Shown here piece by piece: positions 58,211 to 64,000 of a DNA stretch of 64,000 nt (its first letter is position 1; each line of letters starts with the position of its first letter). The position numbers were made by a program, and so were the translations under genes. Source of the DNA: Podarcis cretensis (Eukaryota); NCBI GenBank assembly GCA_951804945.1, contig OX638149.1, forward strand, positions 68,820,001 through 68,884,000. The letters run 5' to 3'. The notes beneath the pieces are model-generated. The model was given only the letters and a program-made list of their open reading frames with translations. It was not told where the DNA came from and did no database searches.

Positions 58211-58807
58211 CTAAATTATACAGAAGTAGGTCAAACTTTAAAATTTGAGTACAGAATAAATATTGCCCATATTCTCTATTCAAAGAATTTATTAGAATTA
58301 CCACAGCATACCTTTATAGCCAATGGGCTTAATTTCTATCAAGGAAGTATGCACTACCAAAAATCTAGATAAGTGTATTCTATTGCTTTCTGCTTTCCAA
58401 CAAAATCAAAAAGGCAAAAAAATGTAAACTTACTAAATGTGGCTTGTAACACTTTTCTATCACTTACAAGACACAATTGGTTATTTGTTTACCCTGGGAG
58501 TTGGTAAAATGCATTGCGAAGTAATATAAATACTATTCTAAAGCACTGACTGTTTCTTCCTCACTTTCTTGATTTGGCCCCTTACCCACATGAAAACTTT
58601 CTAGCTCTTTTAATACCAGAAATATACTTATGTACATTTGAGAGGTGCCTTGAATAACATTTCCCATGAAGTTATCAAGAGATCTGCTCCTCTCTAGCAC
58701 CAAAGGGCCTCACATTCATGGCAATGGTTGGGTCTGTTCTAGAGCACATGGAGTTCAGTGAGGAGGAAGCGGGTGGGAAGGCTCAATAAACTCCCTATGA
58801 GGATATC

Positions 58808-58809
<2 letters not shown>

Positions 58810-58856
<47 letters not shown>

Positions 58857-58859
58857 TGT
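58810..58859. repeat. Compound microsatellite (CT)n(GT)n
   Basis: Read directly from the sequence. Confidence 0.9.
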
Positions 58860-59280
58860 ATTCAACAACAACTTGTAAGGCACAAGATCAATTTTATGGA
58901 CACCTAGTGAAACACACCATTAGGCTTCCAATTCTGTACTTGGTTCGAATAAATATGACCTTCATGCTTTGGTCCTTACATATCTGGCTTTTCCCACATG
59001 GTCTCGAAAGTTGAAAAAATACCATGCAAGGCAGTAACACCATATACTCCAGTTCTAGAATGCCCTACACTACAGAACTCTAGCCTTCCCAAAGCCATTA
59101 TTTCAAAAAAAAAGACTGTAGCATTTTCTGTTTGGGTTGTCACCTAGAAACTGTGGTTAAGCATGCAGTAAGCATGAAGAGTTTTATAAATGCAGCATTT
59201 TTAACTGTAGTATTTTTACCTTCTCTACTCTGTTTAATTTAAGGGCACCATTTATGGCTATCAATTTGGAGTTTACTACT

Positions 59281-59635
59281 GGGTAGCTGTGGGTTAAAGC
59301 CTCAGCACCTAGGACTTGCCGATCGAAAGGTCGGCGGTTCGAATCCCTGCGGCGGGGTGCGCTCCCGCTGCTCGGTCCCAGCGCCTGCCAACCTAGCAGT
59401 TCGAAAGCACCTCCGGGTGCAAGTAGATAAATAGGGACCGCTTACCAGCGGGAAGGTAAACGGCGTTTCCGTGTGCGGCTCTGGCTCGCCAGAGCAGCGA
59501 TGTCACGCTGGCCACGTGACCCGGAAGTGTCTCCGGACAGCGCTGGCCCCTGGCCTCTTAAGTGAGATGGGCGCACAACCCCAGAGTCTGTCAAGACTGG
59601 CCCGTACGGGCAGGGGTACCTTTACCTTTTACCTT
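59281..59635 (+). mobile_element. Sauria SINE, young CpG-rich subfamily
   Basis: B-box GGTTCGAATCC, body ...GGGAAGGTAAACGGCGTTTCC..., tail ACCTTTACCTTTTACCTT. Confidence 0.87.
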
Positions 59636-62600
59636 AGGTTCTCAAACCAAATAAAACAATTTATTTTTAGACCATTACAGCTACATCAAGTAACAGTTTA
59701 TCTGAAGTATTAGATTTATCCTCTTTCATTGACAACCTAGTTCTGAACACACTTTCTTGGAAGTCATTTCCGTTGGTTTCAATGCACTCAGTAATCTCTT
59801 AGGTGATCAATTTACAGCAAAATGTATGTGTGACTAATTTGTTGCATGGGAACTATGCTCAAGGTAATATTTCTGTTTGTGATTTTTTTAGTACTCAAAA
59901 TATTTTTGTTGCTGGGGAAGTGATCCTCCTCTAAGCAAGCACTCATTGCTACTCTTGAAACATGGTGTTAAAACATGGTGAGCACTCACTGGATAGTGCC
60001 TGTGGCATTAAGTGACAAGACCATGGCTCCTGACCCATATCCATGCTATTTTTGGAAATGCAGACCCTTGGTGGCTGTGTGTTCCTTTCTATGCTGCTAA
60101 AGCACTAGAGGGCTGATGCAGCACTAGTTTGTTTCTTTTGTTTAAAGCAGTAACTCCTACCCCCTTTTCCCACCATGCATTTAAAAAATATTAACTCAAA
60201 TTTGATTTTTACAACAGCCTACACATTTTTACTCATAAATTAAAGTCCCACAAAGTTCAATGCAGCAAGTAAGTGCACATAGAACTACAATTATAGTATT
60301 ATGTGCATGCTTGATGTGGACTTCCCATGGTGCAAAGCCAGAACTAGAGCTGTCATCTTGCCTTGTTTACAAATATAAATATTCTGAACAGCAGCAAGGG
60401 AATTCCACCAGCCCACATCTATTACATGAACTCAGGATGTCATATTAATGGCACTGCATTGGGACCAATGCAAGTACAACACTAAAGTGAACTTTATAAA
60501 ATGCTTAGAAATCTCTTAATCCCAGGTGAGGCTACCATTCTAACCATACTTATTCATATGTAATTACCACTGAAGAACTTCATTGGACCTCAGTGTGGCT
60601 CAATTTAAGTATGGTTAGAATTGCAGCCTCAACAAGTTTCAATGTATCAAGCAGAACTACATATACCCTGTGGGCTTACACATGCATCATACTATATCCA
60701 GAACACATAAGAACAAGTGCATTTAATCTTGTAAGAAATTGATTCTTAGTCCGTACATTGCCTCTCTGGTTCTCTTTCATCTAAGGACAAATGGACTGAT
60801 AATATGCCTCATCTAGGGGTGGACTTTGGTCTTTTAAATTTCAGCAGTGCCCTGTGCATGGTCAAAATTCGGTACCACTCCTTCTCACCTTCCAGTCTGC
60901 TTAATTCACTATTTCATAGTAGTGACATCCTATGGCACCCCCTAGGCTTGGTACCCAATGTGGCAGAACCAGTTGTATTGCCCTAAATTCGCCTCTACCT
61001 CATCTGAACAACTTGTAAGCACCTTCCATATCTCTTCTGATTGCTCTAATTGCTGGAATAAGCAATCAGCACAACACAAATGTTGATTTTGATCAAAGTC
61101 TGGAATCAAGGAGCTCACTTTGCTCAGGAAAACAGGGAAACTAAATTAACATAGCCACTGAAGGTTACGCAAATGGCCAATATATCCATTACTGACTCAA
61201 TTTAATAGGCACAGAATCCCCCAGCAGAGATAATGTGAACAATGGAACATACTCCTATTGCGTGGTGGCGCATACACTAGATGGTTTTCAGTCAACAGGT
61301 TATCATACATGAATATATAGGCTGCAATCCTAAATACACTTTGAGTAAGCTCCACTGGACACAGTAGGACTTACAAATAACATGTAGAACAGGGGTAGAG
61401 AACCTCTGGACTACAACTTGATCAGCCTCAGCCAGCATGGCTGATGGTCAAGGATGGCGGTAGTTACAGTCAAGCAACATCTGGAAGGCCACCAGTTATC
61501 CACCCCGATGAAGAGTGGATTATGCTCTTAAGCATCACTCTTATCTAGGAAGCTGTCTTATACTGAATCAGATCATTGGTCAATCCAGCTCAGTATCCTC
61601 TATACTGACTGGGAGTGGGTTTCCAAGGTTTCAGACTGGTGACATTCCCAGCCCTACTTGGAGATTTTGCATGCCAAGCAAATGCCCTATAAGTGAGCTT
61701 TGGAAACTTCATTAATAACTACGAATTTAACTCACCAAGCACTTACAAAACTATTTGCCTTTTTCCCATTCAAGCATTTTAATATCCTCTTTCGGTACTT
61801 TTTCTTGACAAAATTACAATACATCAGAGATTTTGCTATTTTACACCAGGGTCTTTTCAAACTTTACTTAAGAGTGAGTTTGAGTAAATCCTCCTATGTT
61901 CAGGGGCCACCTGACAAATATATCACCATGCCATGCATTAAGATGCAGTGTAGCAAGAGAGTGATTTTGGTATTGGTTAAAATGATACAAAAGACAAGGT
62001 TTTTAAGAGTGTAATATGCTTGATGGATACAAACTCAATAAGAGCAAGAAAGAAGACACAAATGCTATCTTTATTGAACAATCATAGTATCTAGTTCAGA
62101 TTTATGAGCAGGACAAATCATTTTACCCAACACATAATTATTTCCCTTGGTCATAAATCTGAACCAAAAAACAGTGTATTAAGAAATACATATGACATCC
62201 CCACTAAAAGAACCAGAACCCAGGAAAAGGAAATAAGATCGTGATCTTATGTATAATTAGCAGGGAGTAAGTCCCACTGCAAGTCAGCTTTATCCTCCCA
62301 GAAACACAAGGCCCATTCATCTTTTGTCTCCCAAGTTTTGCCTCTTACTAAGTTTGCATAAGTTATATTTTAAAATTAAGGTCAGTTACTAAGGCCTTAC
62401 TAGTTGCTCAGTTGACCACAACTTTGTTTCTAAAATAATAAGAAGAGGATGGGCTGTGGATTTACAATGCCAGTACCATTCCCACCCTGTCCACTGAATT
62501 TTTGTTTGAAAAAACCTCTGTCCAGAATACCACCCAAGTAACACTGCATGTATATAGGTTTTCTGTTGTTTTGTTAATAAGACAGCCCTAGGTAAACATA

Positions 62601-63175
62601 CTCCGCTCCCTGTTCTCTGGTCCAGAAGAAGACAATCTAATCCCGTTTCCTTATCGCTCCTTAGCAAATATCCCAGAAATAAGCCCAAGAAACACAGGGA
62701 AAGGGGATAATTTCCCCGCGTGTGCATGCGAGCCCCCTTCTCCCTCTCCAGTGCACCGACCCGGAGGCCCCGAGGAGGAAAACTACCTCAAGTCCTCATC
62801 CAGAGTAGTAGATGCGTTTAATCTGTTGGGCAACCCGCCCGCCCCGGAAAAGTCTCGGGCATAAGCGCCCTGGTATTTTGCGTGAGACAGATTTCACACA
62901 TGCACCCAGACCCGCGCTTTCCGCGCACTCCCACCCGCCCACGGGCAACACGCAGAGGGCAGCAGCGCAGGGCCACCTCTCCCCACACCTGTCAGGAGTC
63001 GAGAGGGGCTCCGCATTTCGCCGCCGGCAGGGATCCCCCGCTTCCCCGCACTGAAGTCACCGAGCAGGAATCTCCTCCACCAGCTCTCCCGCTCCCCTCC
63101 CTCGCCACCTCCATCTCCGCCCTCCTCCCCAGCCTGGCTGCGGAAGGGAAGCGCTCCCCCGGTCCCGTTCCTCAC

Positions 63176-63370
63176 CGTTTCAGAAGGGCGGCGGCGGCGA
63201 GCGGGGGGGGGAGGTGCGTGGGGGTGACAGTGCGCGGCCCCCACAACGGCGCGCGGGATGGCAACACAAGCGACGCCCGGCGCGAGCAGCCCCCTATACC
63301 TGACCTACTTTCCGCCTGGCTTGCCACTGAACGTCGCACCACTAACCTACTTTCCAGCCAATAGCTTCTC
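63176..63370 (-). other. BMAL1: BMAL1 non-coding exon 1 (TSS approximate)
   Basis: Donor AAACG|gtgagg at 63176/63175; contains the two ROREs, as in mammalian Bmal1. Confidence 0.7.
63301..63353 (-). promoter_or_regulatory. Tandem ROR/REV-ERB response elements of Bmal1 (AAAGTAGGTTA at 63353-63343, AAAGTAGGTCA at 63311-63301)
   Basis: Exact match to the two canonical Bmal1 ROREs; the spacer begins GTGGTGCGAC, as I recall for the human gene. Confidence 0.95.
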
Positions 63371-63440
63371 CCCCCGCACCAAGCCCCAGCCCGCCTCCCG
63401 ACCAATCGCGGGATAAAGCTACGCGGGCACGACGCCCAAT
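63358..63440. promoter_or_regulatory. Three CCAAT (NF-Y) boxes at 63358, 63402 and 63436
   Basis: gCCAATag, aCCAATcg and cCCAATgg immediately upstream of the ROREs. Confidence 0.8.
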
Positions 63441-64000
63441 GGGCAGCCGAGGAGAGGCTTCGCGGTCCCGCCCTCCGCCCCGGCCGTCCAACCGGCGGCG
63501 TCGGCAGAAGAGAGAAACGCGTCGGAACGGGGGACCAACGCTCTCGTTCCTCCCGCCTGTTTAAAGGGCTGTAACTTGTGAGGCGGCGGGGAAGCGAGGG
63601 GGCGGAGGAGAAGAGGAGGAGGAGGAGGGGGGGAGGAGCAAGGCTCCCCCCCCCCGCGCGCGCGCTCTTTCCTGCCGGCCTGTTGTTGCTCCTCTTAACG
63701 GTTGCGTAAGTGACTGTTCGGGACGGGTGGGACCCGGATGTCTCCCTGCTGTATCGCCGAGCGCGGGCTCCAGCCTTCCCTGCGCGCGCGCGAGCGTCGC
63801 TGTCGTCAGAGCGCTGTCGTCAGAGCTGGGCGGAGACAGCGGAGTCTGTTTTTCTTCTGAGGGATTTCGCTGCCTCCGCGCGTTTTCGCCCCCCTCCCCC
63901 GGGAATGGCGCGCGGCTTCCCGCTCTCGGCGCCCTCTCGCGCCTGTGCCAAACGGCGGACAAGGCTGCCCGTCAGTTCACCCGAGCAGCCTCCGCTCATC

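Larger units (their letters stand above)
62700..64000. promoter_or_regulatory. CpG island / BMAL1 promoter
   Basis: Abrupt rise in GC and CpG density; GC boxes (ccgccc near 63468-63480), CCAAT boxes and ROREs. Confidence 0.93.

Noticed and set aside
59320-59350. tRNA-like T-loop GGTTCGAATCC
   Set aside because: It is the B box of a Sauria SINE head, not a tRNA gene.
62372-62384. AATTAAGGTCA as an additional RORE
   Set aside because: Lacks the T immediately 5' of AGGTCA that ROR/REV-ERB monomer binding requires.
62812-63962. Several 77-160 aa ORFs in the CpG island
   Set aside because: Low-complexity Arg/Pro/Ala/Gly frames are expected in GC-rich, stop-poor DNA; no recognisable domain, and they overlap the BMAL1 promoter.

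Overview
Vertebrate genomic DNA, almost certainly from a squamate reptile: Sauria SINEs, a BovB/RTE LINE and squamate-type L2/CR1 and MITE families are present, and a lacertid lizard is my guess. The window holds two convergent, tail-to-tail multi-exon genes. BTBD10 lies on the + strand: seven coding exons at 7745-17092, with the canonical first coding exon apparently upstream of the window. The complete core circadian gene BMAL1/ARNTL lies on the - strand: 17 coding exons from 41238 to 19359, 1902 nt, 633 aa. It has candidate 5'UTR exons and a CpG-island promoter at about 62.7-64 kb carrying the classic tandem ROREs and CCAAT boxes. All coding exon boundaries are GT-AG with consistent phases. 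Nearly all other ORF-track entries are spurious. I found no wholly new gene system. The best leads are regulatory or splicing features: a duplicated strong 5' splice site that would give a BMAL1 lacking its transactivation domain (TAD), extra intronic ROREs in motif clusters, a longer promoter RORE spacer, a near-perfect 33-bp hairpin in a BMAL1 intron, a phase-compatible alternative first exon for BTBD10, and a possible divergent spliced transcript. Comparisons with mammalian or chicken sequences are from memory, not from database searches.
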